Part shown: piece after piece, positions 33,755 to 44,839 of the stretch | How the letters are laid out: every line of letters begins with the position of its first letter | Numbering within the stretch: position 1 is the stretch's first letter | NCBI GenBank assembly: GCA_947497065.1 | Contig: CANMEQ010000001.1 | Location: 198,208 to 262,207, forward strand | Length of the DNA stretch: 64,000 nt | Direction: 5' to 3' | Source of the DNA: an uncultured Rhodobacteraceae bacterium | GTDB lineage: Bacteria > Pseudomonadota > Alphaproteobacteria > Rhodobacterales > Rhodobacteraceae | Made by a program: the position numbers and the translations under genes | The notes under the pieces: model-generated | What the model was told of the DNA's origin: nothing | The model's database searches: none | The model's input: only the letters and a program-made list of their open reading frames with translations

Positions 33755-35101
33755 TCAGCCTTGGGCTTGCCCGAGCCACGCCTGCCAATCGATTTTGGCG
33801 CGATCGGTGTAGGCTTTGTAGCGGTCTTTGCGACCCCGGCGACCGCTTTTGAGGCCTTCTACTGGCGGGAACAGGCCGAAGTTGACGTTCATGGGTTGGA
33901 ACGTCTTGGCTTCGGCGCCGCCTGTGATGTGGGTGACCAACGCGCCGGTTGCGGTGGTGTTGGGCACAGCAGGCACAGTTTCATTTCGCATTTCAGCCGC
34001 GGCGAGGCGACCTGCGAGAAGGCCCATGGCCGCGGATTCAACATAGCCTTCGACGCCTGTGATTTGACCTGCAAACCGGATATTGGGTTTGGATTTCAGG
34101 CGCATTTGATCGTCAAGCAAGGTGGGTGAGTTCAGGAATGTGTTGCGGTGGATACCACCCAAACGCGCGAAGCTGGCATCGGTAAGGCCAGGTATCCTTT
34201 TGAAAACATCCGTTTGCGCGCCGTACTTCATCTTAGTTTGGAAGCCCACGATGTTGTACAATGTGCCCAATGCGTTGTCTCGGCGAAGCTGGACCACTGC
34301 GTATGGTTTCACGTCGGGCTGGTGCGGGTTGGTGAGGCCTACGGGTTTCATGGGGCCGAACCTCAAGGTCTCGCGGCCGCGTTCCGCCATGACTTCGATT
34401 GGTAGGCAGCCATCGAAGTAACCTGCTGTTTCGCCTTCTTTAAATTCGGTTTTGTCAGCGACCAACAGCGCGTCGATGAAGCCTTCGTAATCGTCTTTGG
34501 TCATCGGACAATTGAGATAGGCGGTGCGCTCTTCTTCGGTTTCGCCTTTGTCGTAGCGCGATTGCATCCAGGCCACGGACATGTCCACGCTTTCTGCGTA
34601 GACGATAGGGGCGATGGCATCGAAAAAGGCCAAAGCCTCTGCGCCGGTTTCGGCGGCAATGGCATCGGCCAGTTTGCCAGATGTGAGCGGCCCAGTGGCG
34701 ATGATCCAGTTTCCATCATCGGGGAGCGTGTCAATTTCTTCGCATGAAATCGATATGTTAGGGTGCGATGTTAATTTAGCTGTCACAGCTTCGGCGAAGG
34801 GATCACGGTCGACCGCCAGTGCACCACCGGCGGGCAATTTATGCACGTCTGCGGTGGTCATGATGATCCCATCCGCTTGGCGCATTTCCCAATGGAGAAG
34901 CCCCACAGCGTTCTGCTCATCATCGTCCGACCGGAAAGAATTCGAGCAGACCATTTCGGCGAGATTGCCCGTACGGTGCGCGAAGGTTTCGACCTTTGGG
35001 CGCATTTCGTGGATGACCACTTGGATGCCTTGATTGGCCGCTTGCCACGCGGCCTCTGATCCGGCCATTCCGCCGCCGATGATGTGTAATGTCTGTGTCA
35101 T
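33755..35101 (-). CDS. trmFO: tRNA (uracil-54) FADH2-dependent methyltransferase
   Basis: [20 protein letters not shown]-like [53 protein letters not shown]. Confidence 0.96.
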   Translation of the reverse strand: MTQTLHIIGGGMAGSEAAWQAANQGIQVVIHEMRPKVETFAHRTGNLAEMVCSNSFRSDDDEQNAVGLLHWEMRQADGIIMTTADVHKLPAGGALAVDRDPFAEAVTAKLTSHPNISISCEEIDTLPDDGNWIIATGPLTSGKLADAIAAETGAEALAFFDAIAPIVYAESVDMSVAWMQSRYDKGETEEERTAYLNCPMTKDDYEGFIDALLVADKTEFKEGETAGYFDGCLPIEVMAERGRETLRFGPMKPVGLTNPHQPDVKPYAVVQLRRDNALGTLYNIVGFQTKMKYGAQTDVFKRIPGLTDASFARLGGIHRNTFLNSPTLLDDQMRLKSKPNIRFAGQITGVEGYVESAAMGLLAGRLAAAEMRNETVPAVPNTTATGALVTHITGGAEAKTFQPMNVNFGLFPPVEGLKSGRRGRKDRYKAYTDRAKIDWQAWLGQAQG

Positions 35102-35237
35102 GCCCGTCAAATAGGCCGATGTGTCAGCCAAGGAAAGGGGCGAAATGAGCGATATTGCTTTGGTATTGCTCTGGTATGGGGTTGGTATGGGTGGCGCATC
35201 AAGATGTGCAGCTGGAAAAACGCACGAGACCAAACGG

Positions 35238-35269
35238 CGAAAAGCCCGCTGAGATCATCGGGCCTTTCG
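35238..35269 (-). terminator. Possible terminator after the outer-membrane protein gene
   Basis: GCCCG/CGGGC stem flanked by CGAAA/TTTCG; T-rich tail on the minus strand. Confidence 0.45.
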
Positions 35270-35289
35270 TAAATCTTTCTGCGAATGTC

Positions 35290-35988
35290 TTAGTTGCCAG
35301 GGAAAAGAGTTTCAGACACGCCGCGACGATCAAATGTTGTTCCGCGTGCCGCCCCAAACTGGACTGATGCGCCAATACCGATAAAGCTGCTCGAGGTTTC
35401 GTCGAGATCAACGTTCCCAATTTCGGCGTAAACAGTAGGACCGTTTGAGAAATCATATTCGGCACCAGCGCTTACGCGGGTAATGTCGGTATCGGCGATA
35501 TCTCCGATGCCTAGGTCAGCGATTGCCGATACAGAGTCGGTGATTTGATACGCTCCACTCAGCCCAAGAACGCTACTGTTTTCGTCGTTATCGTAAATCG
35601 CAAAATACCCTTCACCGCTCAATCTATTGGATTCAAATCCGCCCTCAAATCCGTAAAATGTTCCGCCGGTGCTATTCTCACCAAAGTCGTTGCCGATGAT
35701 GAAGCCAACAGAGGCCTGATCATTCAGGTGATAGATGCTGTGGACCGTGAAGGTTGTGATTGAATTATCCACTATTGAAAAATCGTAGTGCGCCAGGTCA
35801 AAGGCAAACCCGATATTTCTATTTGTCGCGTATTCCAGCGCAACGGAGTAATCGACGGTCGAAGAAAACCCACTTTCGTCGTAGGTATATGCATCAATTG
35901 TGAGTTCGCCGCCTGCAAATTGTTGGGCCGATACGGATGTAGAGAGGGCAGCCACGATTGCGGCGCCGGATACTGCTTTGATAAACAT
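35290..35988 (-). CDS. Hypothetical exported beta-barrel/porin-like outer-membrane protein
   Basis: Signal peptide ending (SVSA-QQF); alternating aromatic/hydrophobic beta-strands (LEYAT, FAFDLAHYDF, YGFEGGF, LGLSGAYQI, AGAEYDF, IGIGASVQF); GAGGA SD. Confidence 0.7.
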   Translation of the reverse strand: MFIKAVSGAAIVAALSTSVSAQQFAGGELTIDAYTYDESGFSSTVDYSVALEYATNRNIGFAFDLAHYDFSIVDNSITTFTVHSIYHLNDQASVGFIIGNDFGENSTGGTFYGFEGGFESNRLSGEGYFAIYDNDENSSVLGLSGAYQITDSVSAIADLGIGDIADTDITRVSAGAEYDFSNGPTVYAEIGNVDLDETSSSFIGIGASVQFGAARGTTFDRRGVSETLFPGN

Positions 35989-36232
35989 TTGTTTTCCTCA
36001 AGAAAAAACTGCTGGAGGTTGAGTCCTCCTTGGTTGAACAAAAACAAAAATTTGCCAAGAAATCAATGAATTCCTTAGCAAATTTGAGGTATTTGTACGC
36101 TTGAACAAGATTATTTGAAGCGCGTTCGACGGCTTTGGCTTGGCGTTCCGCCAATTACAACTGTTTGCGCTGCGTGACTTTAACAACGTCACTGGTTTGC
36201 TGTTGGCGTTTACAATATGGGGCGGCGACCAA

Positions 36233-36263
36233 CATCATGATCGCGAAAATGGCGATCATGATG
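36233..36263. terminator. Stem-loop just downstream of gyrA
   Basis: Perfect 12-bp inverted repeat CATCATGATCGC-N7-GCGATCATGATG; no U-tract. Confidence 0.5.
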
Positions 36264-36293
36264 CTTAAGCTATTGGACGAAAAGCGTCGGGGT

Positions 36294-39041
36294 TCATTCA
36301 GAACCGCCTTCGCTATCCTCTTCTTCATCGGTTTGATCAGCGATGTAGGCGACGGAGACGACTTCTTCGCCTTTGCCGGTGTTGAACACTTTCACACCGC
36401 CTGCGGAGCGGGAGCGGAAGGAGATGCCGTCGACGGGGACGCGGATGGACTGGCCTTTGGAGGTGGCCAGCATGATCTGGTCGTCCAGTTCAACCGGGAA
36501 GGAAGCGACGATTTCGCCGCCGCGCATCGCTTTGTCCATCGCGGTGACGCCCATGCCGCCACGACCGCGCACGGGGTAGTCGTGCGAGGAGCTGAGTTTG
36601 CCTGAGCCGCCTGCGGTAATCGTCAGGATCAGGTTTTCAGCCGCCGACATTTCCGCGTAGCGATCTTGGCTGATGGAGCCTGCGGGCACATCTTCGTCTT
36701 CGATTTCCGCATCATCGGCGAGGCCGGCCATGGCGCGGCGCATTTTGAGGTAGGCGGCGCGTTCTTCGGCTTCGGCGTCGAAGTGGCGGATGACGGACAT
36801 GGAGACGATTTTGTCGTCTCCTTGGAGTTTGATGCCGCGCACACCGAGTGAGGCGCGGGAGTTGAAGACGCGGACGTCGGTGCATGGGAAGCGGATCGCG
36901 CGGCCGGAGTTTGTGACCAACATCACGTCATCCTCTTCGGAGCAGATGCGGGCGTTGATCAGCTGAACGTCGGCGTTTTCGTCTTCGAACTTCATGGCGA
37001 TCTTGCCGTTGCGCATGACATTTGTGAAGTCTGACAGGCGGTTACGGCGCACAGTTCCAGCGGATGTGGCGAAGACGATTTGCAGGTCGTCCCATTCTTT
37101 TTCGTCGCGGTCCACGGGCATGATGGCGGCGATCGACACACCTGTCGGGATCGGCAGGATGTTAACGATGGCCTTACCCTTGGAGGTGCGGGACCCCTGA
37201 GGCAAGCGCCATGTTTTGAGTTTGTAGACCATGCCGTCGGTCGTGAAGAACAGCAGTTGCGTGTGGGTGTTGGCCACGAACAACTGAGTGACGACGTCGT
37301 CTTCTTTGAGGGAACCACCTGAGATGCCTTTACCGCCACGCTTTTGGGCGCGGAAGTCGGCGAGGGCGGTACGTTTGATGTAGCCGGATTCTGTGACGGT
37401 CACGACCATGTCTTCACGTTCGATCAGGTCTTCGTCTTCCATGTCGCCAGACCAGTCGACGATTTCGGTGCGACGGGGCACGGCGAAGAGGTCTTTGCAT
37501 TCTTGCAGCTCGTCGCGAATGATCCCCATGATGCGTTCGCGTGAGGCGAGAATTGCGAGGTATTCCTTGATCTTACCGGCCAACTCTTCAAGTTCGTCGG
37601 TGACCTCTTTGACGCCCAATTGGGTGAGGCGCTGGAGGCGGAGTTCGAGGATCGCGCGGGCTTGGATTTCGGACAGGTTGTAGGTGCCGTCATCGTTTGC
37701 AGTGTGGGTCGGATCGTCGATCAAGGCGATGAAGGGCAGGATTTCTTCGGCAGGCCATGCGCGTGTCATCAAGGCGTGGCGCGCTGCCGGCGCATCGGCG
37801 GATGCGCGGATGGTGGCGACGACTTCGTCGACGTTGGAAACCGCCACGGCGAGACCGCAGAGCACGTGGGCGCGGTCGCGGGCTTTGTTCAGCTCAAACG
37901 CGGTACGGCGGATGACGACATCTTCGCGGAAGTCCAAGAAGGATGTCAGGAAGCGACGCAGGGTGAGTGTTTCGGGGCGACCACCGTTCAGGGCCAGCAT
38001 GTTGCAGCCGAACGACGTTTGCATCGGTGTGAAGCGGAACAGCTGGTTCAGCACGACTTCGGCGGTGGCGTCGCGTTTGAGTTCGACAACCACGCGGACA
38101 CCGTTGCGATCGGATTCGTCTTGGACGTGGGCGATGCCTTCGATCTTTTTGTCGCGGGCGGCTTCGGCGATGCGCTCTACCATGGTGGATTTGTTCACCT
38201 GATAGGGGATTTCATTGATGATGATCGCGAACCGGTCTCGGCGGATTTCTTCGACGGCGGTTTTGGCACGGGTGACCACGCTACCGCGACCTTCGAGGTA
38301 GGCTTTGCGCGCGCCGGAGCGGCCGAGCATGATGCCACCTGTTGGGAAATCGGGGCCCGGCACGTATTCGATCAGATCTTCGGATGTGAGATCAGGGTTT
38401 TCGATCAGTGCGAGGGTCGCGTCGATGACTTCGCCCAAGTTGTGGGGCGGAATGTTGGTGGCCATACCCACGGCGATACCGCCTGCGCCGTTGACCAACA
38501 TGTTGGGGAAACGGGCGGGCAGAACGGTGGGTTCACGGTCTTTGCCGTCGTAGTTGTCTTGGAAATCGACAGTGTCTTTGTCGATATCGGCCAGCAGGTA
38601 GGCGGCCGGTTTGTCCATGCGGACCTCGGTGTAACGCATCGCGGCGGGGTTATCGCCGTCCATGGAGCCGAAGTTGCCCTGTCCGTCGAGCAAGGGCAGC
38701 GACATGGAGAAGTCTTGGGCCATACGCACCAAGGCATCGTAGATCGCGCTGTCGCCGTGGGGGTGGTATTTACCCATCACATCGCCGACCGGACGGGCAG
38801 ATTTACGGTAGGATTTGTCGTGGCTGTTTCCGGTTTCATGCATCGCGTAAAGGATGCGGCGGTGGACCGGTTTTAACCCGTCGCGCAGATCGGGAATCGC
38901 GCGGCTGACGATGACGGACATCGCATAGTCGAGATAAGAGGTTTTCATCTCGGAGGTGATCGAGATGGACGGCCCGTCGAATGCGGGGCGCTCGGGCGGT
39001 GTTTCGCCTGTTGTTTCAGGGGTTTGCGTGTCGTCGCTCAT
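36294..39041 (-). CDS. gyrA: DNA gyrase subunit A
   Basis: [39 protein letters not shown] catalytic Tyr, GyrA-box QKRGGKG. Confidence 0.97.
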   Translation of the reverse strand: MSDDTQTPETTGETPPERPAFDGPSISITSEMKTSYLDYAMSVIVSRAIPDLRDGLKPVHRRILYAMHETGNSHDKSYRKSARPVGDVMGKYHPHGDSAIYDALVRMAQDFSMSLPLLDGQGNFGSMDGDNPAAMRYTEVRMDKPAAYLLADIDKDTVDFQDNYDGKDREPTVLPARFPNMLVNGAGGIAVGMATNIPPHNLGEVIDATLALIENPDLTSEDLIEYVPGPDFPTGGIMLGRSGARKAYLEGRGSVVTRAKTAVEEIRRDRFAIIINEIPYQVNKSTMVERIAEAARDKKIEGIAHVQDESDRNGVRVVVELKRDATAEVVLNQLFRFTPMQTSFGCNMLALNGGRPETLTLRRFLTSFLDFREDVVIRRTAFELNKARDRAHVLCGLAVAVSNVDEVVATIRASADAPAARHALMTRAWPAEEILPFIALIDDPTHTANDDGTYNLSEIQARAILELRLQRLTQLGVKEVTDELEELAGKIKEYLAILASRERIMGIIRDELQECKDLFAVPRRTEIVDWSGDMEDEDLIEREDMVVTVTESGYIKRTALADFRAQKRGGKGISGGSLKEDDVVTQLFVANTHTQLLFFTTDGMVYKLKTWRLPQGSRTSKGKAIVNILPIPTGVSIAAIMPVDRDEKEWDDLQIVFATSAGTVRRNRLSDFTNVMRNGKIAMKFEDENADVQLINARICSEEDDVMLVTNSGRAIRFPCTDVRVFNSRASLGVRGIKLQGDDKIVSMSVIRHFDAEAEERAAYLKMRRAMAGLADDAEIEDEDVPAGSISQDRYAEMSAAENLILTITAGGSGKLSSSHDYPVRGRGGMGVTAMDKAMRGGEIVASFPVELDDQIMLATSKGQSIRVPVDGISFRSRSAGGVKVFNTGKGEEVVSVAYIADQTDEEEDSEGGSE

Positions 39042-39170
39042 GTGATGCCCTAACTGTCCCTTGTGCGCGGCTGCTTGTGACTCGGCCTGCGCTATATATT
39101 GTTAAGGGGGAGTGTATCAGAGGCAAGGTGTGGGGTGCAACGGATGGTTTTTGATTGCCACCGTGCACGT

Positions 39171-39201
39171 GAGGGGCGCCGGTTTGTGTGCAGCGCCCCT
39201 C
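39171..39201 (-). terminator. Stem-loop downstream of ocd
   Basis: GAGGGGCGC / GCGCCCCTC 9-bp inverted repeat. Confidence 0.45.
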
Positions 39202-39229
39202 GAGCGGGTATATTGGCCTAAGCGGTGGG

Positions 39230-40270
39230 TTATTTGGCCCGTTGAAGCATGCCGAACAGGTCGCGTGGATCGTCTGGATCGGCGAGCATATCGAGGTCAT
39301 CGAAGAAATCGGTGCCTTGGATTGCGGATTTCACGGTGCGCAGGGCTGAGAAATCTTCGATGGCGAAGCCGACACTGTCGAACAGGGTGATTTGTTTGTC
39401 ATCGCGGCGGCCTGTGGTGCGGCCTGCGAAGACATCATGGAGTTCGGTGACGGGGTGATCGTCGGCCAAGGCCTGAATTTCACCTTCGATGCGGGTTTGT
39501 GGCGGATATTCTACAAAGATATCAGTGCGATGCAGGATGTCTTTGTGGAGTTCTGTTTTGCCCGGACAATCGCCGCCGATGGCGTTGAGGTGCACGCCTG
39601 CGCCGACCATATTGTCGGTCAGGATGGTGGCATATTGTTTGTCGGCGGTGCAGGTGGTGATGATCTGCGCGCCGTTCACGGCGTCTTGGGCCGTTTTGCA
39701 GCTGACAACCGTCAGGCCGCTGGTGGCGAGGTTGCGCGCACATTTGGCGGTGGACTGTTCATCGATGTCGAACAGGCGCACGGTGGTGATGCCGCAGATG
39801 GCCGCGAAGGCACGACATTGGAATTCGGACTGCGCGCCGTTGCCGATCATGGCCATGGTGGTGGCGCCTTTGGGCGCGAGGTATTTGGCGGCGAGCGCAG
39901 ACATGGCCGCGGTGCGCAGAGCGGTGAGCAGGGTCATTTCGCTGAGCAGGACCGGATAGCCGGAGTGCACATCGGCCAGCAGGCCAAAGGCGGTGACGGT
40001 TTGCAGGCCTTCGGCGGTGTTTTTGGGGTGACCGTTCACGTATTTGAAGCCGTAGAGATCGCCATCGGAGGTGGGCATGAGTTCGATCACGCCCACATCG
40101 GAATGGGAGGCTACGCGTGGTGTTTTGTCGAAAGCCTCCCAGCGCAGGAAGTCGGCTTCGATGGCGTCGGCGATGCGAATGAGCATCGCATCGAGGCCCA
40201 CGTGGTGGACGAGGCGCATCATGTTGTCGACGGAGACGAAGGGCACGAGGGCTTTTTGTGAAGGGATCAT
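39230..40270 (-). CDS. ocd: Ornithine cyclodeaminase
   Basis: IELMPTSDG, FKYVNGHPKN, LTALRTAAMSA, GNGAQSEFQ, AIGGDCPGKTE, FDSVGFAIED. Confidence 0.95.
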   Translation of the reverse strand: MIPSQKALVPFVSVDNMMRLVHHVGLDAMLIRIADAIEADFLRWEAFDKTPRVASHSDVGVIELMPTSDGDLYGFKYVNGHPKNTAEGLQTVTAFGLLADVHSGYPVLLSEMTLLTALRTAAMSALAAKYLAPKGATTMAMIGNGAQSEFQCRAFAAICGITTVRLFDIDEQSTAKCARNLATSGLTVVSCKTAQDAVNGAQIITTCTADKQYATILTDNMVGAGVHLNAIGGDCPGKTELHKDILHRTDIFVEYPPQTRIEGEIQALADDHPVTELHDVFAGRTTGRRDDKQITLFDSVGFAIEDFSALRTVKSAIQGTDFFDDLDMLADPDDPRDLFGMLQRAK

Positions 40271-40280
40271 GGGGAGGCTC

Positions 40281-41201
40281 CTAGAATGCGCGTGTGGGGC
40301 GGTCGAAGACGCGGCGGCCCATGAGGGAGGCGGTCAGGTCGACCATCAATTGGGCGGTGCGGCCGCGATCATCGAGGAAGGGGTTGAGTTCGACGAGATC
40401 GAGAGAGGTGACGCGGGCGCTGTCGTGCAGCAGTTCCATCACGAGGTGGGCTTCGCGCAGGGTTGCGCCGCCGGGGACGGTCGTGCCGACGCCCGGTGCG
40501 ATGTCGGGGTCGAGGAAGTCAACGTCGAGGGAGACATGCAGCAGGCCGTTGGCGGCTGTGACGCGGTCGAGAAATTGGGTGAGGGGCGCGCGGATGCCGC
40601 CCTCGTCGATGGCGCGCATGTCGGCGAGGGACATGTTGGTGACGGACAGGGCTGCGTGTTCGGCGGGATCAACGGAGCGCAGGCCGATCATGCAGATGTT
40701 TTCCGTGGGCACGGGGTGCTGGACGGGAGGGAAGGCGTCGAACCCCGGGCGGCCAGTGAAATAGGCCACGGGCGTGCCGTGCAGGTTGCCGGAGGTGGTG
40801 GATTGGGGCGTGTGAAAATCGCTGTGCGCGTCGAGCCAGAGGACAAACAGCGGGCGGTTTTCGCGTGCTGCGTGTTCGGCGATGCCAGTGACGGTGCCCA
40901 AGGCCAGCGCGTGGTCGCCGCCCATGAAGATAGGCAGGGATTGGGAGGCTGCGGTTTGTGCTGCACGGTTGAGCGCCGTGGTCCAGCCGATGGTTTGGGG
41001 CAGGGCGACGAGGTGGCTGTCTTCGGGGATGTCATTCATATCCGGTTGCAGGTTGCCGGTGTCGGTCACGGTGTGGCCGAGGTCGCGCAGTGTTTCGGCG
41101 AGGCGGGCGGTGCGGTAGGCATCGGGCCCCATGATGCAGCCTTTGCGGTCTTTGCCGCTGTCGACGGGCGCGCCGATAAGGTGGATGTTTTGCGGTGTCA
41201 T
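40281..41201 (-). CDS. rocF: Arginase
   Basis: GGDHALA, WLDAHSD, SGNLHGTP, HVSLDVDFLDP, VELNPFLD. Confidence 0.95.
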   Translation of the reverse strand: MTPQNIHLIGAPVDSGKDRKGCIMGPDAYRTARLAETLRDLGHTVTDTGNLQPDMNDIPEDSHLVALPQTIGWTTALNRAAQTAASQSLPIFMGGDHALALGTVTGIAEHAARENRPLFVLWLDAHSDFHTPQSTTSGNLHGTPVAYFTGRPGFDAFPPVQHPVPTENICMIGLRSVDPAEHAALSVTNMSLADMRAIDEGGIRAPLTQFLDRVTAANGLLHVSLDVDFLDPDIAPGVGTTVPGGATLREAHLVMELLHDSARVTSLDLVELNPFLDDRGRTAQLMVDLTASLMGRRVFDRPTRAF

Positions 41202-41305
41202 GAGGAGCTCCTATCTGTTGGGCCCATCATTATCGGGGTTGTGTGGTTTGGGAAGGGTGCGCATTGTGCAAAGTGAGCGCGTATTGATCAAATTGGATAG
41301 ATGGT

Positions 41306-41734
41306 ATGGACGAATTGGATGGTCGGTTGGTGCAGGCGTTGCGGCGGGACGGGCGGGCGTCTGTGTCGGAGTTGGCGGCTGATTTGGGGGTCACGCGGGC
41401 GACGGTGAAGGCGCGGATGGATCGGTTGCGGCAGGCGGGGGAGATTGCAGGGTTTACGGTGCAGACGCGCGCAGATGTTGCGGCCCATGCGGTGCGCGGA
41501 TTGATGATGCTGGGGATTGAGGGGCGCGGCACGGAGCGCGTGATGCGCGCCTTGGCCGGCATGGTGGAGGTGCAGGCGGTGCATTCGACCAATGGCACCT
41601 GGGATTTGATTGTAGAATTGGGCACCGAAACCCTAGAGGATTTCGATGCCTGTTTGTTTGCAATCAGACGGTTGGACGGTGTGACACGATCTGAGACGAA
41701 CCTGTTGTTGTCCACGCGGCGGGCGGGGCGCTAG
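41306..41734 (+). CDS. Lrp/AsnC-family regulator, divergent from rocF-ocd
   Basis: MDELD..L...LRRDGRASVSELA HTH; HSTNGTWDL RAM domain. Confidence 0.92.
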   Translation: MDELDGRLVQALRRDGRASVSELAADLGVTRATVKARMDRLRQAGEIAGFTVQTRADVAAHAVRGLMMLGIEGRGTERVMRALAGMVEVQAVHSTNGTWDLIVELGTETLEDFDACLFAIRRLDGVTRSETNLLLSTRRAGR

Positions 41735-41738
41735 GCCG

Positions 41739-42188
41739 TTATTTGCGTGCCGCTGCGATCCAAAGGCCGACCAAGACGAGCGAGAACAGGCCGTTCAAGG
41801 TGGCCATGGATAGGCCCATGATCGACCATGCGATATCATCGCACATGACGATTGGGGTGATGTCGGTGCTGAGCAGGTCGATATTGTCCATCCGGCCTGA
41901 ACCGGTGCAGCTGGTCGGGCCGTCCCACCATTTTTGTTCGACGCCGGAGTGGAAGAAGCCGATGCCGGAGGTGAGTGCGGCGGCCAATGCGCCAAGCCAC
42001 GCCAAGGCTGCGCGGTATTTCGGCTGCACCAAGGCCAGCGTGCCAATGAGGATCGCTGCAGCATGGGGCCATCTTTGCCAGTAGCACATTTTACATGGGG
42101 CGTAGCCGATGGCTTGGAAGACAAAGGCGCCGCCCAAAAGGGCGAAGCTGCCGGCGGTGGCGAGGAAGATGAGCTGTGTGCGTGTCAT
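41739..42188 (-). CDS. DsbB-family disulfide bond formation protein
   Basis: GYAPCKMCYWQRWPH CxxC motif, HSGVE..WW.GP..C, CD..AW...GLSMA. Confidence 0.88.
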   Translation of the reverse strand: MTRTQLIFLATAGSFALLGGAFVFQAIGYAPCKMCYWQRWPHAAAILIGTLALVQPKYRAALAWLGALAAALTSGIGFFHSGVEQKWWDGPTSCTGSGRMDNIDLLSTDITPIVMCDDIAWSIMGLSMATLNGLFSLVLVGLWIAAARK

Positions 42189-42196
42189 GGTGTGCA

Positions 42197-42775
42197 TTAT
42201 AGATAGTGAGTGGCGGCGAAGCCACCGACGAGAATGACGCAGAACAAGATGAACATCAGGCCTAGACGTTTTTCGATGAAGTCGCGGATGGGTTCGCCGA
42301 ATTTCCAAAGCAATGTGGCAATTATAAAGAACCGCAATGCTCGGGCCAGAATAGATGTGACGAGGAAAGTCATGACGGGCATCGCTGTCCAGCCGGACAT
42401 GATTGTGATGACTTTATAAGGAAACGGCGTGAGCCCTGCGATCAGAACTGCCCAGAATCCCATGTCGTTAAACCGTGTGCTGAATTCTGCCATCGAATCC
42501 GCTTTGCCAAGGGATTCCAAAATAGGCTGACCGACGCTTTCGAATGCGAACATGCCAATGCCATACCCCAGCATACCGCCCATTACAGATGACACTGTGG
42601 CGACGGCAGCAATTAGGAAGGCCCGATTTGGCCTTGCGATAATCATGGGGATCATCAGCAGATCGGGTGGAATAGGGAAAACTGAGCTTTCAATAAAGGC
42701 CACGAAGGCCAGCGCCCATAGCGCGTAAGGTGAATGGGCGAGGGACAGGGTCCAATCGTAAAGACGTCTTAACAT
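42197..42775 (-). CDS. YqaA/DedA (SNARE-associated-like) membrane protein
   Basis: FIESSVFPIPPD, GGMLGY.IG, GLTPFPYKV, ARALRFF. Confidence 0.9.
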   Translation of the reverse strand: MLRRLYDWTLSLAHSPYALWALAFVAFIESSVFPIPPDLLMIPMIIARPNRAFLIAAVATVSSVMGGMLGYGIGMFAFESVGQPILESLGKADSMAEFSTRFNDMGFWAVLIAGLTPFPYKVITIMSGWTAMPVMTFLVTSILARALRFFIIATLLWKFGEPIRDFIEKRLGLMFILFCVILVGGFAATHYL

Positions 42776-42856
42776 GGGGCTGCTCTTGTTTGTTTGGTTG
42801 GTTAGGCCACGGAAGTTTTGTAGGGTCAACCGCAACAACGTGCAAAGGATGTGCAG

Positions 42857-43717
42857 ATGAAGTGGCAAGGTCGCCGTGGGAGCCGTAATATTGAAGACAG
42901 ACGCCAGAGCGCTGGGTCGTCCGCTGGGCGCAAGGTTGGCGGGATTGGCGGGGTCGCCGGTGTTTTGGTTCTATTGGTGGGCTGGTATTTCGGGATCGAT
43001 ACATCGGGGTTCGTGGATTTGGGCGGTAGTGGCACGCAAGAGCAGGTGAGCAACGAGATCACGGCGCAAGATCAAGAGATGGCGCAATTTGTGTCGGTGA
43101 CCTTGGCGGATACAGAAGAGGTTTGGGCCGAGATTTTCCTGCAGCAGGTGGGGCGGGCCTATGATGCGCCGACGTTGGTTTTGTTTAAGGGGGCGACGCA
43201 ATCGCCCTGCGGTGGGGCGTCGGCGGCATCGGGGCCGTTTTACTGCCCCGCCGATGAGAAGGCCTATTTGGATACGGATTTCTTTGTGACCTTGGAAAAC
43301 CGGCTGGGCGCGGGAGGCGATTTTGCCGCCGCCTATGTTGTGGCCCATGAAGTGGCGCACCATGTGCAAAACGAGCTGGGCATTCTGGGGCAGGCAAACC
43401 GCATTCGCCAACAGGTGAGTGAAGCGGAGAGCAATCAGATTTCTGTGCGGATTGAATTGCAGGCCGATTGTTTCTCGGGCGTGTGGGCGCGCTATGCGCA
43501 AGAGCGGTTCAACAGTTTGGAGCGCGGTGACATTGCCGAAGCGATGAATGCGGCCGCCCAGATCGGCGATGATACTTTGCAGCGCAATGCGGGGCGCACG
43601 GTTCAGCCGCACACCTTTACCCATGGGACTTCTGAACAGCGCCAAAGGTGGTTTGCGACCGGGTATGAGAGTGGGGAAATTGCGACCTGCGACACTTTTA
43701 GTACCAACACGCTCTAA
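42857..43717 (+). CDS. Neutral zinc metallopeptidase (YpfJ-like)
   Basis: MKWQGRRGSRNIEDRR, GPFYCPAD, AHEVAHHVQN (HExxH), ELQADCFSG, FTHGTSEQR. Confidence 0.92.
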   Translation: MKWQGRRGSRNIEDRRQSAGSSAGRKVGGIGGVAGVLVLLVGWYFGIDTSGFVDLGGSGTQEQVSNEITAQDQEMAQFVSVTLADTEEVWAEIFLQQVGRAYDAPTLVLFKGATQSPCGGASAASGPFYCPADEKAYLDTDFFVTLENRLGAGGDFAAAYVVAHEVAHHVQNELGILGQANRIRQQVSEAESNQISVRIELQADCFSGVWARYAQERFNSLERGDIAEAMNAAAQIGDDTLQRNAGRTVQPHTFTHGTSEQRQRWFATGYESGEIATCDTFSTNTL

Positions 43718-43802
43718 AGACTTCATTTCTGCCGTTGACGCCAGTTTAGAGGGCGGTTATTCCACGCCCATTCCAGGCAGCCAGATGCTGCCCGACATAC
43801 TT

Positions 43803-43888
43803 GCCGGTGTGGCGGAATGGTAGACGCAGGGGATTCAAAATCCCCCGATGGTGACATCGTGCCGGTTCGAGTCCGGCCACCGGTACCA
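43803..43888 (+). tRNA. tRNA-Leu (anticodon CAA)
   Basis: Acceptor GCCGGTG/CACCGGT, D-arm GGCGGAATGGTAGACGC, anticodon arm GGGGA-TTCAAAA-TCCCC, long variable arm, GGTTCGAGTCC T-loop, encoded CCA. Confidence 0.97.
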
Positions 43889-44839
43889 ATATCTCATAAC
43901 AGACAGCTCAGGTGAGGTATGCGCGCGAAAGCGTGTGTTTGACGGGTTTGCTCCGTTGCGGATCAAGTGAGCTTCACATCTTTCAGAATATCGCTGGGTG
44001 GCTAGGGGCTGCAGGTTTGCGCCGTTGCACAGGTCGCCTGCTGGTGAGGGTGACGTGTGAGAGATTTGCTGGTGGATTTTGTGTTTAGCAGAACATTCGG
44101 TGCGCATGGCTCTTGGGTGTGGTCGAATGTACCGCGAAGCATCGCTGGTGGGGGCGGTCCGCGGTGCAGTTTCGGGTCGAGGTTTTAGGTCTTTGAGCGA
44201 ATCTGATTCGGATTCTTTACCTAACGTCAGTTTGTTGGTTTCCCATGGGTAAACAAAGGGTAGGCACTGGGCGCATTGTTTTTAAAATGACGGGCGAGAA
44301 TGGCCGGTTTTGAGGGTTCAACATAAAATTTCGCGAGGCGAGTTCACATTTTTGCCCCAAATGAAGGAGCCGGAAAGGTGTGGGGTTGGTGGGATAAAAA
44401 ATTCAATTTGCGTAAAAATTAATCAAAAGGATCGCTTTCAAAGGGCTTTAGTTGCTGTTTGGTAAACGATCAGCCGAAAAAGGGCGGTGTGGGGACAGTG
44501 TGACTTGCAACTTGGGGGTGAGTGCGTTGCAAGCGCTGTAACGTTAATCGCGGTTTCGTTCTTTTTTTTGCCTTTGTTAGGGGGGCGTTAGTCTGTATTA
44601 AGAGTGCAGAGCCGTACATGGCGAACCGGAAATCTGGGGTCCGGGCGGGTTGATATGACCTGCAAATAAAAAGTGGTGTCTGCGCGATTGGGTAATTCTT
44701 GATCTTCAATGCGGATGGTTAATTGGCCGCCTTCGGGCGGTTCACGTTGGTTTGGTGTGCCGAGCGCAGCTGGATCTTCGGGGGTGTAATTTTTTGTGTC
44801 GGCGACTTCGCTGGCAGTGAGAGTAGTTAGGATAGCGCA

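Noticed and set aside
35145-35252. 35-aa plus-strand ORF ([14 protein letters not shown]...KRRKAR) after a purine-rich stretch
   Set aside because: It starts only ~43 bp from the divergent trmFO start and runs into the terminator hairpin. There is no independent support.
36294-39041. Calling this gene parC
   Set aside because: The GyrA-box QKRGGKG is present.
43835-44107. 90-aa minus-strand ORF
   Set aside because: It overlaps tRNA-Leu antisense (the WYRWPDSN-type translation is the classic tRNA artefact).
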